DNA of 64,000 nucleotides from an uncultured Candidatus Saccharibacteria bacterium (GCA_964353135.1 CAYGTV010000002.1:1125-65124), one strand, 5' to 3'. Positions 10,895 through 21,847 are shown, counted from the stretch's first letter. Translations and numbers: made by a program. The notes: a model not told the origin generated them from the sequence alone.

Positions 10895-11021
10895 ATCGCC
10901 CCCTATGATTGATGAACTTATGTTGAAACGAAAATACTAGTCATACACATATGTGTCAAGAAAAGGTGTGCCATGACAGCACACCTTCGTCAATTCTCCA
11001 AAATGGTGTTTGGAGTTTGTT

Positions 11022-11291
11022 CTAGTCTTTACGTAAAGCCTCAAAGAAAGAACGAAACATCGGTTCTATACACTGAAGCAATAAGGCTGTCCCGCATAAA
11101 CCAAGGAACAATCCGACAACAGCGCCAGGCCAAAACATCACCCAAAAGCCAATGCCTCCACAAACACTCGCTCCAAATGCATATTTTATTGCACTTGGTA
11201 CGTCAAACTCGTTACTCTCCAAAGAACTGTATGCATATGCAACTGCAAAAGTTACAAATACGATTCCGACGTACGGCATTAATACACCCAT
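11022..11291 (-). CDS. small membrane protein
   Basis: Hydrophobic 89-aa ORF; GGGAG SD upstream. Confidence 0.55.
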   Translation of the reverse strand: MGVLMPYVGIVFVTFAVAYAYSSLESNEFDVPSAIKYAFGASVCGGIGFWVMFWPGAVVGLFLGLCGTALLLQCIEPMFRSFFEALRKD

Positions 11292-11355
11292 TTATTTTCT
11301 CCCTGCTCGTGTTTTCGGCGTTGATATTAAATAGCAATACCTATTAACAGTCAAA

Positions 11356-13053
11356 CTATAGACGCTCTGGAGCCTCGATCCCAAGAGCCCACAATCCTTG
11401 TTTGAGTGTCTGCCCTACTACTTGCGCAACCGCTGCTTTGTACGGCGCAAATTCGTCAGAAGCATCAGCAATTTTTTCCTGCGCGTAAAATGAGTTGAAC
11501 TCAGACGCTAGTTCGGTCAAATACGTTACCAAAGCTTGTGGAGCTCGGTCAATTAAAGCTGTCTGCACCACTGCTGGAAATTCCTCAATCATTTTTTCGG
11601 CGTTATAAGCCTCGGTTGGAGACACACTTGTATCTGCATCCACTCCCGCTTCCTGGGCTTTTTGTAACACTGACTGGATACGAGCATACGTGTATTGTAA
11701 GTATGGACCAGAGGCACCTTCAAACGAAAGGGCTTTTTCTTTATCAAAGACAATATTTGATCCAATTCCATGACGAAGGATTTCGTATTTCAATGCGGCA
11801 ACCGCTACCTGCGTCGCTAAAACATCACCACCCTCAGAACGCTCCGACATTTTTTCCTTGGCCGCGTCCTCCATATCAGCAATGATCGATTCACCAGTTA
11901 GCACATTCCCTTTTCGTGAGGACATTTTTCCGGTGCTAAGTGTAAGAAAACCAGTTGGAATATGCTCTAAATGTTTGTTTGCCGCTTCAGGAAAGATTTC
12001 TTTGATTGCAGCGTAGACCACTTTAAAATATTCAGCTTGTTCCCCACCAGTAACGATAATCGACTGAGTCCAATCAGGATGTTGGTCGTGTTTCAGTTTA
12101 TAGTGCCCAACATCTTTTGCTTCATACGTCGGTAGACCTTTTGAATTAAGGAACACTCGTGTGTGTAAACCTGATCGATCACCGTCGTACACAATCGCCC
12201 CTTCACTCTCAGCAAATAGCTTGCCAATGTTTTCTTTCACAATTTCTGATCCAACTGGTGCTGCCTGACTTTCAAAAATCTCCGTATCAAAATGGGTACC
12301 CAGTTTTTGACAGATTGCATGAATCTGGGCGTTTGAGGTAGCAATACCGGCTTGTCTTAACCGAGATAATTCTTCATCCGAATTTGCATACAACGCCTGA
12401 TTGATCGCGATGATGTCATCTTTTTCAGGACCTTCAGCTTCATATGCTTCATTGCCAACCCGGTATGCAGCACCCAGTTCCTCGATCTTGCTTGGATCAT
12501 TCCCAGTTTGTTGAAGTCCCCACACTGCTTTTGCTACTGGCAAGCCAATATCAGACGGGTAGTTTGCTCGGACAACAGTCGCGCCAGCTAGTTCAAACAA
12601 CCGAGTAAACGACTCTCCAATAATATTCCCCACCAAGTTTCCTACATGTAATGGTTTAAACAAGTTTGGGCTGGTGTACTCGACGATTACTTGCTCACCA
12701 CTTGCAGATTCGTTTCGACCCCATTCATCCCCAGCAGCTATAGCTCCTTTTAGTGTGGTTGTAAAATACGCTCGCTTGAGGCTGAAGTTTAGAAACCCAG
12801 GACCAGCCACTTCTACTGAATCAACCAATTCAATTTGACCGTCGATAGTTTGTTTAACCTGTTCCGCTACCTCCCTCGGATTTTGCTCCACTTGTTTTGA
12901 TAGCACCAATGCCACATTAGAAAAGACATCTGCTCCGGCATTTTTATCAGTTGGATAATCCACGACAAAGGAAACCTCTGGCCAACCGAGAGTCTTGATT
13001 GCTTTCTCTATCTCAATGCGGATCGTGTCTTGCATGGTTTGTACTGTACCCAA
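11356..13053 (-). CDS. argS: arginyl-tRNA synthetase
   Basis: AGPGFLNF, VEYTSPNLFKPLHVGN, KMSSRKG, GPYLQYTYAR. Confidence 0.96.
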   Translation of the reverse strand: MGTVQTMQDTIRIEIEKAIKTLGWPEVSFVVDYPTDKNAGADVFSNVALVLSKQVEQNPREVAEQVKQTIDGQIELVDSVEVAGPGFLNFSLKRAYFTTTLKGAIAAGDEWGRNESASGEQVIVEYTSPNLFKPLHVGNLVGNIIGESFTRLFELAGATVVRANYPSDIGLPVAKAVWGLQQTGNDPSKIEELGAAYRVGNEAYEAEGPEKDDIIAINQALYANSDEELSRLRQAGIATSNAQIHAICQKLGTHFDTEIFESQAAPVGSEIVKENIGKLFAESEGAIVYDGDRSGLHTRVFLNSKGLPTYEAKDVGHYKLKHDQHPDWTQSIIVTGGEQAEYFKVVYAAIKEIFPEAANKHLEHIPTGFLTLSTGKMSSRKGNVLTGESIIADMEDAAKEKMSERSEGGDVLATQVAVAALKYEILRHGIGSNIVFDKEKALSFEGASGPYLQYTYARIQSVLQKAQEAGVDADTSVSPTEAYNAEKMIEEFPAVVQTALIDRAPQALVTYLTELASEFNSFYAQEKIADASDEFAPYKAAVAQVVGQTLKQGLWALGIEAPERL

Positions 13054-14127
13054 CTATTCGATTCTTGTCACCATCGCCCGGGCTGGACTGGTCGTATTTA
13101 TTTCTATAGTTGTCCGACCCAGCACCTGCCCCCGTTCGTTTTCTACTCCGCAACGCCAGATTCCATCACTAAATTCGTTCAGGATCGTGTAGCCGCGGTA
13201 CCCACCACTGTTTTCACCAGTGATCGGATAGCCAAAGCGAAAGGCTTCTTGCCAGTTGCCAGCCTCGTCTTTGTACTCCCAACGGTGATAGATTCTGGTG
13301 TGCAGTCGAGTCGGTGCATACACCCGAGCAAAACATGCGATCGAGCTACGAGTCGGATGTAATTCATCTCGGACCAAAGGCAGTTGTCGGTACCACGGCT
13401 GTTGTTCGTCGGTAATGCGATAGTTTCCATCATTGTCCCGGTAGACTGATTGCACAATGTCGAGCTCGGTCAGCGACAATGGAATCGGCGGAATCAGATT
13501 AAAAAAGTACAAGCCAGTCATCGTAAAGTACAACGTACCAATCATCAGAATCACGCGTTTGGTGTTGAACCGCATAAAGTTCGGCACAATCCAGTACAGC
13601 ATTTTGATAACCCCACTCACAAACAAGAGCGCAATCAGACCGCTCAGGATAAAAATCCCGTCACCCATTTGCCCCAGCACAACCGGTAGAACTAGCACCA
13701 CATAAGAAAAGATACCAATAAAATATAATGTGATGTGGTACACCAACATATCAGACCGCTTCTCAAGCAACTCGTTTCCAAAAATGACCAGGAGGATGAG
13801 GATCAAAAATGGTGCACTAGCAATCCAGTCACCACTGCGGCCATAGAAAATAAGCATCCCTGAAAGCAATCCACCAAACGAGTACTGCAAAAGTACCGGT
13901 GCGTAGCGATTGATCAGGCGCGATATTGTCATCGGGAATTTCTGTGCAGCACCAGCGTAGAACAAAAGTAGCGATACAGTCGCCAGTACTACATATGTCA
14001 AAAGAATCAGGTTGTCTACAATGTCATCAATCCGGTTCAACAAAATCAGGTCGGTAATAAAACCCCCGATGAAGGCGATGGTCAGCCAATGATGCGATAT
14101 TAGTTTCACCAGACTGTTCATACTCAT
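13054..14127 (-). CDS. DUF2914-type multi-pass membrane protein
   Basis: 7-8 TM segments; IPPIPL; C-terminal YHRW...GYRGY..W domain. Confidence 0.8.
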   Translation of the reverse strand: MSMNSLVKLISHHWLTIAFIGGFITDLILLNRIDDIVDNLILLTYVVLATVSLLLFYAGAAQKFPMTISRLINRYAPVLLQYSFGGLLSGMLIFYGRSGDWIASAPFLILILLVIFGNELLEKRSDMLVYHITLYFIGIFSYVVLVLPVVLGQMGDGIFILSGLIALLFVSGVIKMLYWIVPNFMRFNTKRVILMIGTLYFTMTGLYFFNLIPPIPLSLTELDIVQSVYRDNDGNYRITDEQQPWYRQLPLVRDELHPTRSSIACFARVYAPTRLHTRIYHRWEYKDEAGNWQEAFRFGYPITGENSGGYRGYTILNEFSDGIWRCGVENERGQVLGRTTIEINTTSPARAMVTRIE

Positions 14128-14186
14128 AGCAGTATCATAACAAAACGCCGCAAGCTGTGCTTGCGGCGTTTTGTTATAGCAGCACT

Positions 14187-15455
14187 CTACACAAACTTTT
14201 CAGGCACCGGAAATACTTCACACATGGCTTGTACTTCTTTTTGTAGCTCAGCTTTCTTGGCCGCATCATCTTTGTTTTGCATCGCTTCAATCATGATTTC
14301 TGCCAATCTAGTTGCCTGCTCTTCCTTCATACCTCTAGTGGTCATCGCCGGGGTTCCAAACCGAATTCCTGACGGGTCCATCGCAGTGCGGGGTTCGTCT
14401 GCAATCATGTTTTTATTGAGAGTAATCCCGACTTCGTCTAGCACCACTTCCGCTTCTTGTCCGGTAATACCCAGCGAGCCGTTCACGTCTGCCAGTAGAA
14501 GATGGTTGTCAGTTCCGCCACACATGAGTCGTACTCCTTTATCTTTAAATACGACTTCCATCGCTTTTGCATTTTTTACAATTTGCTCTGCGTAGGCTTT
14601 GAATCCTGGATCAAGTGCTTCTTTAAACGCGACTGCTTTGGCGGCAATTTGATGCATGTGTGGACCACCCTGCATCCCTGGGAAGACAGCTTTGTTGATT
14701 TTTTTAGCCAACTCAGCATCCTCTCGCACGACAATCATCCCGCCTCGTGGACCCCGTAGTGATTTGTGCGTGGTCATCGTCATCACATCAAACCCGTAGT
14801 CAAATGGGTTTTTCAAAACTCCTGCTGCGATTAGTCCGGTAATGTGCGCGATGTCAGCTACGGTATAGGCACCGACCTCATCAGCAATCTCCTTGAACTT
14901 TGCATAATCAAGCTCACGTGAGTAGGCCGAAAAACCAGCTAGGATGATCTTTGGTTTATGCTCGAGCGCCATGGAGCGCAAGTGGTCATAGTCAATCTCC
15001 CCGGTCTCAACGTCCTTCATTTTGTACCGAACAAAATTGAACACTTTGTTGATAGCGGTTGTAGGATGACCGTGAGTGAGGTGTCCACCATGAGACAAAT
15101 CCATCCCCAGCACAGTGTCACCTGGCTCCATTAGGGCAAAATACATCGCCACGTTGGCAGCTGCTCCACCCAGCGGTTGTACGTTGGCATACTCGGCCTT
15201 AAATAACTTCTTGGCTCGATCAATCGCGATGGTTTCCATGGCGTCGGTAAATTCCTGACCACCGTAGTATCGTCGCCCCGGGTATCCTTCTGAGTATTTG
15301 TTGGTAAATACTGACCCCATTGCCTCTCGCACTGCCATCGATACGTAGTTCTCACTCGGAATTAGTTCAATTCCCTTTTTCTCTCGCTCCTCTTCTCCGA
15401 CTAGGGTCGCGTAGATTTCTTCGTCTTGGTCTTTGATGTGTTGGTATTCGTTCAT
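14187..15455 (-). CDS. glyA: serine hydroxymethyltransferase
   Basis: LIPSENY, NKYSEGYPGRRYYGG, GGHLTHG, TTHKSLRGPRGG. Confidence 0.98.
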   Translation of the reverse strand: MNEYQHIKDQDEEIYATLVGEEEREKKGIELIPSENYVSMAVREAMGSVFTNKYSEGYPGRRYYGGQEFTDAMETIAIDRAKKLFKAEYANVQPLGGAAANVAMYFALMEPGDTVLGMDLSHGGHLTHGHPTTAINKVFNFVRYKMKDVETGEIDYDHLRSMALEHKPKIILAGFSAYSRELDYAKFKEIADEVGAYTVADIAHITGLIAAGVLKNPFDYGFDVMTMTTHKSLRGPRGGMIVVREDAELAKKINKAVFPGMQGGPHMHQIAAKAVAFKEALDPGFKAYAEQIVKNAKAMEVVFKDKGVRLMCGGTDNHLLLADVNGSLGITGQEAEVVLDEVGITLNKNMIADEPRTAMDPSGIRFGTPAMTTRGMKEEQATRLAEIMIEAMQNKDDAAKKAELQKEVQAMCEVFPVPEKFV

Positions 15456-15605
15456 ATTTATCTATTTATTACTGAAAAAACTGCTTGTCATATTTGCGCT
15501 ACAGAAAATGAACGAAACGTTAGATCATAGGTCGAAAATAATTTAATATTTTCAGTATACAATAAAATGAAAAGAGGGGCAGCTTCCAGCTGCCCCTCTT
15601 GATGA

Positions 15606-16322
15606 CTAACGGTCCCTTTGGACGAAAGCAGGTATCTCTGATTCCTGCCTAACCAAATCAGCGATCCATGTGCGTAAACTTGGATTCCACACAGAGCTAA
15701 AACCTGGAAACTCGCGAACCAATGCATCCAGCCTAGGAGCGTAGTTACCAAAGCAATGCTCCAGCATACCCTCCTCCTGATTTCGGATACCTCGACTAGC
15801 CCCGTCAACAGCACTCATCAAGTAATCAATCCATTCAATAAGATCGAAAACTGCCGGCTCAACAATATAGTTAACCCTAAGCTCGGCGACTGCAGTAACC
15901 AACGGATACGGCCAAGGTTTATCTGGGTGTTCTGTTTTGCGAACATACTGCAGCAAGAACGCCTTTCTCACATAGAGCCTCATTGGTTCTGGAAGGTGCT
16001 GTGTATCTTCCATAAACACTTCCCACTCACGTATTTCTTTCCCAGGGGTTTTGTTGCCGGCATGCTCGTCACCACCCGAACCTGGCTCTCCATGATCATG
16101 AAAAGTAAAAGCTGTTAGCAGCAGTGTTTCGTCAATCGAAAATTCTCCCCTGATTGCAGTCAGAACCCATACGGCTGTAACTGGGACCGAGTTGTTGTGT
16201 TTGAGCAATGTTTGCCCGTATGCCGGAAAATTACCCCAACGAACCACCTTTTCCATAGGTTCCTGCGCATTTTTCCAAGGCACCATCACGGCGCTAAACG
16301 AATTTGGTTTGATGTTTGACAT
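15606..16322 (-). CDS. HD-domain phosphohydrolase (YfbR-like)
   Basis: R-W..H, FHDHGE and D..D spacing typical of HD nucleotidases. Confidence 0.6.
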   Translation of the reverse strand: MSNIKPNSFSAVMVPWKNAQEPMEKVVRWGNFPAYGQTLLKHNNSVPVTAVWVLTAIRGEFSIDETLLLTAFTFHDHGEPGSGGDEHAGNKTPGKEIREWEVFMEDTQHLPEPMRLYVRKAFLLQYVRKTEHPDKPWPYPLVTAVAELRVNYIVEPAVFDLIEWIDYLMSAVDGASRGIRNQEEGMLEHCFGNYAPRLDALVREFPGFSSVWNPSLRTWIADLVRQESEIPAFVQRDR

Positions 16323-16400
16323 TTCGTTCTCCTTCTCGAGATATGTCGCTTCATTTCAAGTCTGACAACACTAAATCACAGACAGGTGCTCAAAGCAACA

Positions 16401-16742
16401 CTAGCGATTGTCACCACTCCCACCAATCACACCTCGATCTAGTCGACTACGAAGTTTATCTATATTTCCTTGCGCAACATCATCTAAATCTACTCCAAAT
16501 TCAGTCGCTAGTTGAGTTACGTACCACAGAACATCACCGAGTTCTTTTGTAATATCAGTCTTGGTTTCGGCTGTGACCTTGTCGGGGGCAAATATCCCTT
16601 GGTCTCGCTGTAGCTTTTTAATCTTTTCTGCAATCTCGCCTGCCTCCCCAACTAAACCAAGAGTTGGGTATACAAAGTTATTACCAAGATCAGGGTACGA
16701 CGCTGTTGCTCGTGATTGTTTTTGATAGTCTGAAAATTGCAT
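16401..16742 (-). CDS. MazG-like all-alpha NTP pyrophosphohydrolase
   Basis: LGLVGEAGEIAEKIKK, ELGDVLWY, GSGDNR. Confidence 0.9.
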   Translation of the reverse strand: MQFSDYQKQSRATASYPDLGNNFVYPTLGLVGEAGEIAEKIKKLQRDQGIFAPDKVTAETKTDITKELGDVLWYVTQLATEFGVDLDDVAQGNIDKLRSRLDRGVIGGSGDNR

Positions 16743-16746
16743 ATAT

Positions 16747-17436
16747 TTAAATTACAGCTGAGACAGCTTGGTATGTGTCCTCATGGATAGCCTCACGGGT
16801 TCGCATTTCACCATCAATGCAACATGACACCTTTGTCCAGTTATTTTTACTGGCAACAATTAAACGTGCTCGTTCTTCAGTGGCTTCTTGGTGACCGTGA
16901 TCTCGTTCTGCTGCATCGATCTTTACATCGACTCCGTGCTTACCCTCATCTACCGCCTGCTGTTTTAGTGCGATTCGAACTTTGTTTGGCACTTCTAAAT
17001 ACACAATCTGATCTGGCCTAGGAATACCAAAGACCCCATGTTCCATATGATCTAACCAACCAAGAAACGCTTCGAGTTTTTCCGGATCATTAATCTTTGC
17101 TCCTTGATGCATCATGTTTGAACTTACATACCGATCAAGAACGACAATTTTTCCTTCATCCAACCACTGTTCAAGTCGAGGCTTGGTCTCAAATCTATCT
17201 GCTGCGTACAGTGTGGAAGCAATCCGGGCATCCGTAGCCATGAAATCACCGCGCTTTCCATCAAGACACTCTCGAATCAACCGACCAAAATGGTTTTGTG
17301 TGTATTGCGGAAAATCTAATGATTCGACTTTGTATCCGTCTGCTTGCAGTCGTTTCACCAGCAATGCAACTTGTGTAGCCTTTCCTGCCCCATCTCCGCC
17401 GTCGATAACTATGAGTTTGCCTTTCATATCGGTCAA
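16747..17436 (-). CDS. tmk: thymidylate kinase
   Basis: DGGDGAGKATQ P-loop, YAADR, LDRYVSSN. Confidence 0.92.
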   Translation of the reverse strand: MTDMKGKLIVIDGGDGAGKATQVALLVKRLQADGYKVESLDFPQYTQNHFGRLIRECLDGKRGDFMATDARIASTLYAADRFETKPRLEQWLDEGKIVVLDRYVSSNMMHQGAKINDPEKLEAFLGWLDHMEHGVFGIPRPDQIVYLEVPNKVRIALKQQAVDEGKHGVDVKIDAAERDHGHQEATEERARLIVASKNNWTKVSCCIDGEMRTREAIHEDTYQAVSAVI

Positions 17437-17475
17437 TACTAGTGATAATTATCTACATGATATCATTGTCAGCAT

Positions 17476-18852
17476 ATGTCTACCATCGAACAGCTCAATC
17501 ACCACGAAACCAAACTTGATCCAGGAGGAAAAATTGTTGTTATTGATTCAGGTGCAGTCCTCACTGCCGAGATGACAGCGATGCTTCAAGCACTACACAG
17601 TCGTTCAACCGAAGGGATCGAAGGTCACCTACAAGTCCTCGCGGAGCGCGGGGCAGATAAATTTATGTCAACGTACTACGTGCAGTACGGACACAAGTCA
17701 ATTGGAGACTGCGGGGTTGGAGTGGTATTTATCGAAGGGATCAGTATGTTAGCCGCCAAAGCCATCCAAGATAGCAAGCTATACAACGGCCAAGAAGCAT
17801 CGACGCGCTACATTGATTTTGCTAACCAGCCATTTTTAAACCCAGAAGGAACCGAGGCTGGTACCGCCATCCAGGAAAACTGGCGACGATTTTACCTTAA
17901 GGCAGTCAAAGAAATGGCTGAAGAACTCCCGAATCGCTACCCATTAGGCGCGGGTGAAAAAGAGGGCTTCTACCAAAAAGCCATTGCGGCGCGCGCGTTT
18001 GACATCACCCGTGGATTTCTCCCAGCTGGTGCGAGCACGAACATCGCTTGGACTACTACCCTACGTCAATTTGACGATCGTATTATGCAGCTACGCCATC
18101 ATCCATTAGAAGAAGTACGTGAAATCGCTGAAAAATTAAACGAGGCGATGCTCGCTATGTACCCGAGCTCATTTAAAGCCCACGACGACGAACGATATGA
18201 AAAATACCGTGCGACCCACGAATACAACAAGAAAGCGAACGAACAGTACTACTACCACGACGCTGCGTGTCCGGAGTTGAAGTTAGTACGAGACGGCATC
18301 AATCATGATGACCTCAAATCATTCCAAACACTACTGAGCGACCGCCCAGATCGAACCGAACTACCAAAGTGGCTCGGTGCCTATGGCGAAGCTGCGTTTC
18401 AGTTCACCCTTGATTTTGGTTCATTCCGTGATATCCAGCGTCACCGGGCGGTGACACAGCGAATGCCCCTGTTGACTGGAGAGATTGGCTTTCACGACTG
18501 GTACCTAGACGAACTCACTGATGACCTCCGGACTGAGGCAGAAACGCTGATCACAGACTTAACCAAATCAGCCAACGAACTCACTAATGATGTAGCCCTG
18601 CGCCAGTACTATCTACCAATGGGATTCAAAATCAGTAACTACCTATCAGGTGACCTACCCGCTTTGGTGTACCTTGTTGAGCTGCGTGCCAGCAGCCTCG
18701 TTCACCCTACCCTGGCGGTACAAGCAGCAAAGATGGCGGACATATTACGAGAGACGTACGCTGACGTTGACCTCGCCATCCATATCAACTCTGAACCAGG
18801 ACGGTTTGACGTCAAGCGTGGCGAGGCGGACATAGTTCGCACAGATAAATAG
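17476..18852 (+). CDS. thyX: FAD-dependent thymidylate synthase (two-domain type)
   Basis: GHKSIGD, QEASTRYIDF, RDIQRHR motifs. Confidence 0.88.
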   Translation: MSTIEQLNHHETKLDPGGKIVVIDSGAVLTAEMTAMLQALHSRSTEGIEGHLQVLAERGADKFMSTYYVQYGHKSIGDCGVGVVFIEGISMLAAKAIQDSKLYNGQEASTRYIDFANQPFLNPEGTEAGTAIQENWRRFYLKAVKEMAEELPNRYPLGAGEKEGFYQKAIAARAFDITRGFLPAGASTNIAWTTTLRQFDDRIMQLRHHPLEEVREIAEKLNEAMLAMYPSSFKAHDDERYEKYRATHEYNKKANEQYYYHDAACPELKLVRDGINHDDLKSFQTLLSDRPDRTELPKWLGAYGEAAFQFTLDFGSFRDIQRHRAVTQRMPLLTGEIGFHDWYLDELTDDLRTEAETLITDLTKSANELTNDVALRQYYLPMGFKISNYLSGDLPALVYLVELRASSLVHPTLAVQAAKMADILRETYADVDLAIHINSEPGRFDVKRGEADIVRTDK

Positions 18853-18899
18853 GTTCCACTGTAAAAACAAAAGCTTGTCCAATCAGACAAGCTTTTGTT

Positions 18900-19340
18900 T
18901 TACATCTCTTTGAGCCATTGACCTAACTTTTCATAGGTTGTTCGCTTAAATTCTGGAACTACGTCTTGGAGTTCTGCGAACGACATCCATTTCCAGGCAA
19001 TAAATTCATGTTGGTCTAGCTTAATATTTTGCTCATCTCCTAAAAATTCAAATAAAAACCATTTCTGCGCTTGACCGATACATTCACCATATCGTTCACT
19101 ACTAGGATAATCATAGGTTAACCAGTCAGGATGTTCGGCTCGTAGTTCTAGATCAGCTTGGGTGAGGCCAGTTTCCTCTGCTACTTCGCGCCACACTGCT
19201 GGCAACACCTCTTCTGCGACGTCTAATCCGCCCTGCGGGCACTGCCATTTATCGGTATAGTCCCGCCGTTGAAACGCCAGTACTTTGTCACCTTTTATAA
19301 TGAGAGCTGCAACGTTTGCCCGAAAATAATAGGAATCCAT
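18900..19340 (-). CDS. NUDIX hydrolase, RppH-like
   Basis: WQCPQGG...REVAEETG NUDIX box; GQAQKWF. Confidence 0.85.
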   Translation of the reverse strand: MDSYYFRANVAALIIKGDKVLAFQRRDYTDKWQCPQGGLDVAEEVLPAVWREVAEETGLTQADLELRAEHPDWLTYDYPSSERYGECIGQAQKWFLFEFLGDEQNIKLDQHEFIAWKWMSFAELQDVVPEFKRTTYEKLGQWLKEM

Positions 19341-19345
19341 AGCAA

Positions 19346-20446
19346 CTATTTAAACTGCTTCCCTAACTTTGGACCACTCTGTGACTGGTAGTTATGGTTT
19401 GCTCCAGAATCGTAATGTTCACTTGGTTCAGTCGTCAGACGTTCAAACCGGATTTTTGCGATTGGTTGTCCTGGTCGTACCACCAGATCCTCAAACGGTC
19501 GTACCTCAAGGGTAAATGGTCGCCCCTTACCCTTTCCGTCACTACCCCAGCCCCAGCCCGGGTCAAGGAAACCGGCGTAGTGTGATCGGAAGTCACCAGA
19601 TCTCTCGTCCATTGGCACCATCTCGCTTGCTAGGTTTGGTGGTATTTTAACTCGTTCAGCTCCAGAGAGTATATAAAATTTATCGCGTTCTAGCCTGAGC
19701 GCACCGTCAATAATTTTGAGTGGTCGAAAAAATTCAGTTGGATCATAGTGGGCAATGTTTGCCACATCAACTACTTGTGCTGGGTCAGCGATGCATTCAT
19801 ACCCACACACCCCCTCTTCAACTAGGGCTGTAAGGACAACCGTTCCATCCTGATCATTCGTCACCAGGTCACTGTATAACATTTTCTTATCTTCGGTCGG
19901 ATGCCAAACTAATCCATCTTGCATAGAGAGTTCAAGGTCTAGCTCAGAAAAGCGGGTGTCCCCAGTAAATAGACGCAACTGTGTCAGTGGTGTTCCATGA
20001 TGTATTTTCACAGCAAACGACTTGGGTGCAATCGCAACCCACAGATCACCCTTAAATCCTTTGGGTGTGATTGAATCAAAGCGAGGCACACCATCAGCCA
20101 ATACTCGGACATGCATGTCGAGGCGCCCAGTTGAGGATTTTGGGTTGCAGTACCCATACACCTGCTCGGGCAAATCAAGCGACTCATTGAGCTTTACCAA
20201 ATACAACCCGTTGCACTCAAGCGGGTCTGTCATAGAAGTGGGTTTAGCTTCCATAAACGGCATTAGATCACGAATCGTTTCCCCTACTTTTGGTAACACC
20301 AAGCCCCGGATCTTATATATCTCTGCGCTAACGGTTAGGTCAAGTGAGGCTGGAGAAATATGCTTTTCTTGTCCATTGATAATATTTCCACTGGCAACCA
20401 AACGTTTCAGAGTCTGGTCAGGTAGTGCCCCAAGTCGGTTTGTCAT
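19346..20446 (-). CDS. dcd: dCTP deaminase (duplicated-domain type)
   Basis: PASLDL, NPKSSTGRLD, HYAGFLDPGWG, LEVR, YQSQ. Confidence 0.88.
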   Translation of the reverse strand: MTNRLGALPDQTLKRLVASGNIINGQEKHISPASLDLTVSAEIYKIRGLVLPKVGETIRDLMPFMEAKPTSMTDPLECNGLYLVKLNESLDLPEQVYGYCNPKSSTGRLDMHVRVLADGVPRFDSITPKGFKGDLWVAIAPKSFAVKIHHGTPLTQLRLFTGDTRFSELDLELSMQDGLVWHPTEDKKMLYSDLVTNDQDGTVVLTALVEEGVCGYECIADPAQVVDVANIAHYDPTEFFRPLKIIDGALRLERDKFYILSGAERVKIPPNLASEMVPMDERSGDFRSHYAGFLDPGWGWGSDGKGKGRPFTLEVRPFEDLVVRPGQPIAKIRFERLTTEPSEHYDSGANHNYQSQSGPKLGKQFK

Positions 20447-20466
20447 AATGGAAACAGTGTACCAAA

Positions 20467-21189
20467 TTACTCGTCAGTAGGTGAAATGAACCGCTCATAT
20501 AACACTCGAAACGTGTCATCGTCAAATGAAGAAAAAATAGCGTCTTTGGTATTACCATCGGTAAACGTTAGGCTTGGCACATCACGCACCAGCACGATTG
20601 GGGTACACTCTGCTACCTCACCCATCAGCAAACCAGCCGCAGCTGCGATACCGTCGACTATATTTGACCGCTCGTATTTCATCTCTCTGCCAAACAAATC
20701 CTTTTCACCGATATGGTCCTGCAGTGGTTCAATCCCCCACCAACCGATTGCTACAGCAGTAGCACCATAGCGTAGTGGCAGCGAACGGCTGTCAGTGATG
20801 ACAATTCCCAGCTTGCTTAGACCAGTTTTTTGCAAGAGGTGCGCATGCAGACGCTGCGCGCTAGTAAATGCGTCCTTGGGGAGCAATGTTAGATATTCCC
20901 CACTGTTACTCTCATCTACCCCAGCGGCACCAATAAACGCCCCCCGAGTGATCGTGAGAGGGGTTGGCCAGTATAGACGGTCTATGATTAGATCCGCTTC
21001 ATCTATGACGATTTGTTCTTTATCAGAACTATTTTTATTAACACACCTCCCCTCATGGATAGCAATCACTTTAGAACTAATAACAACCACATCAGTCTCG
21101 CAGAGCGGGGGTAGAACTCGATCTAATTCGGTATAAAAATCATCCTGTGGTGGCTGCATGATTTTAGTTTGTATCGGGAATAGTTGCAT
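20467..21189 (-). CDS. CofE-like gamma-glutamyl ligase
   Basis: ISSKV..EG, AGVDESN, ITDS, DLFGR, MGE..ECTP. Confidence 0.85.
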   Translation of the reverse strand: MQLFPIQTKIMQPPQDDFYTELDRVLPPLCETDVVVISSKVIAIHEGRCVNKNSSDKEQIVIDEADLIIDRLYWPTPLTITRGAFIGAAGVDESNSGEYLTLLPKDAFTSAQRLHAHLLQKTGLSKLGIVITDSRSLPLRYGATAVAIGWWGIEPLQDHIGEKDLFGREMKYERSNIVDGIAAAAGLLMGEVAECTPIVLVRDVPSLTFTDGNTKDAIFSSFDDDTFRVLYERFISPTDE

Positions 21190-21256
21190 GCGGATATCGT
21201 ATCAAAAAAGCCCGGCGCGTGATACGCCAGGCTTTTCAAGATCTGAGGGGTTGCAG

Positions 21257-21847
21257 TTATTCGGCAGCTATGCGACTAAGTTGATGAGTAAGCATAGTGA
21301 GAATAACAGGTCCAGCCACATGATGTGTCCGGAGTGGCTGTAAGAGCAGAGTGGTGCGTGCATGGTCAGTAGGGGCTAGCTGAAGGATTACTGGGCGAAA
21401 AGCTGATATTCCTAGAGGCATTCTGCACCTGATGGTAATTTCATTTATTTGTTCCCAAACAGAAATATTGGGACGATTTCGATCACTTACCAACACAAGC
21501 TCTCTCCAAACCTTATGGCCCAATATCCGAGCTGAATCATCATCCAGTTTGGCATCTTGCCTTGGACCAAAAAGCGGTGCTGGAAAATAATCTGGCATGA
21601 CAACGCAGATTTCATCATGCCGATTCACGTCTTTGTCTGCTCCAAATGGAACAAGTACGAACACAAACTGAGTTCGACCCTTCTTTGCTTTTCTCGCCTT
21701 ATTCGCAGATGGACGTTTGATATTTCTCAAAAATTTAAGTGACACCCGTTTTCCTTTTCTAATTGTGGCTGCTCCAAAAAGCTCTGCGTTTTGCTCTACG
21801 ATGAACTTTCTACCCCATGTGACGAACGAACCTCCCATTTCTTTCAC
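21257..21847 (-). CDS. hypothetical protein
   Basis: 196-aa ORF between terminators; no recognisable motif. Confidence 0.45.
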   Translation of the reverse strand: MKEMGGSFVTWGRKFIVEQNAELFGAATIRKGKRVSLKFLRNIKRPSANKARKAKKGRTQFVFVLVPFGADKDVNRHDEICVVMPDYFPAPLFGPRQDAKLDDDSARILGHKVWRELVLVSDRNRPNISVWEQINEITIRCRMPLGISAFRPVILQLAPTDHARTTLLLQPLRTHHVAGPVILTMLTHQLSRIAAE

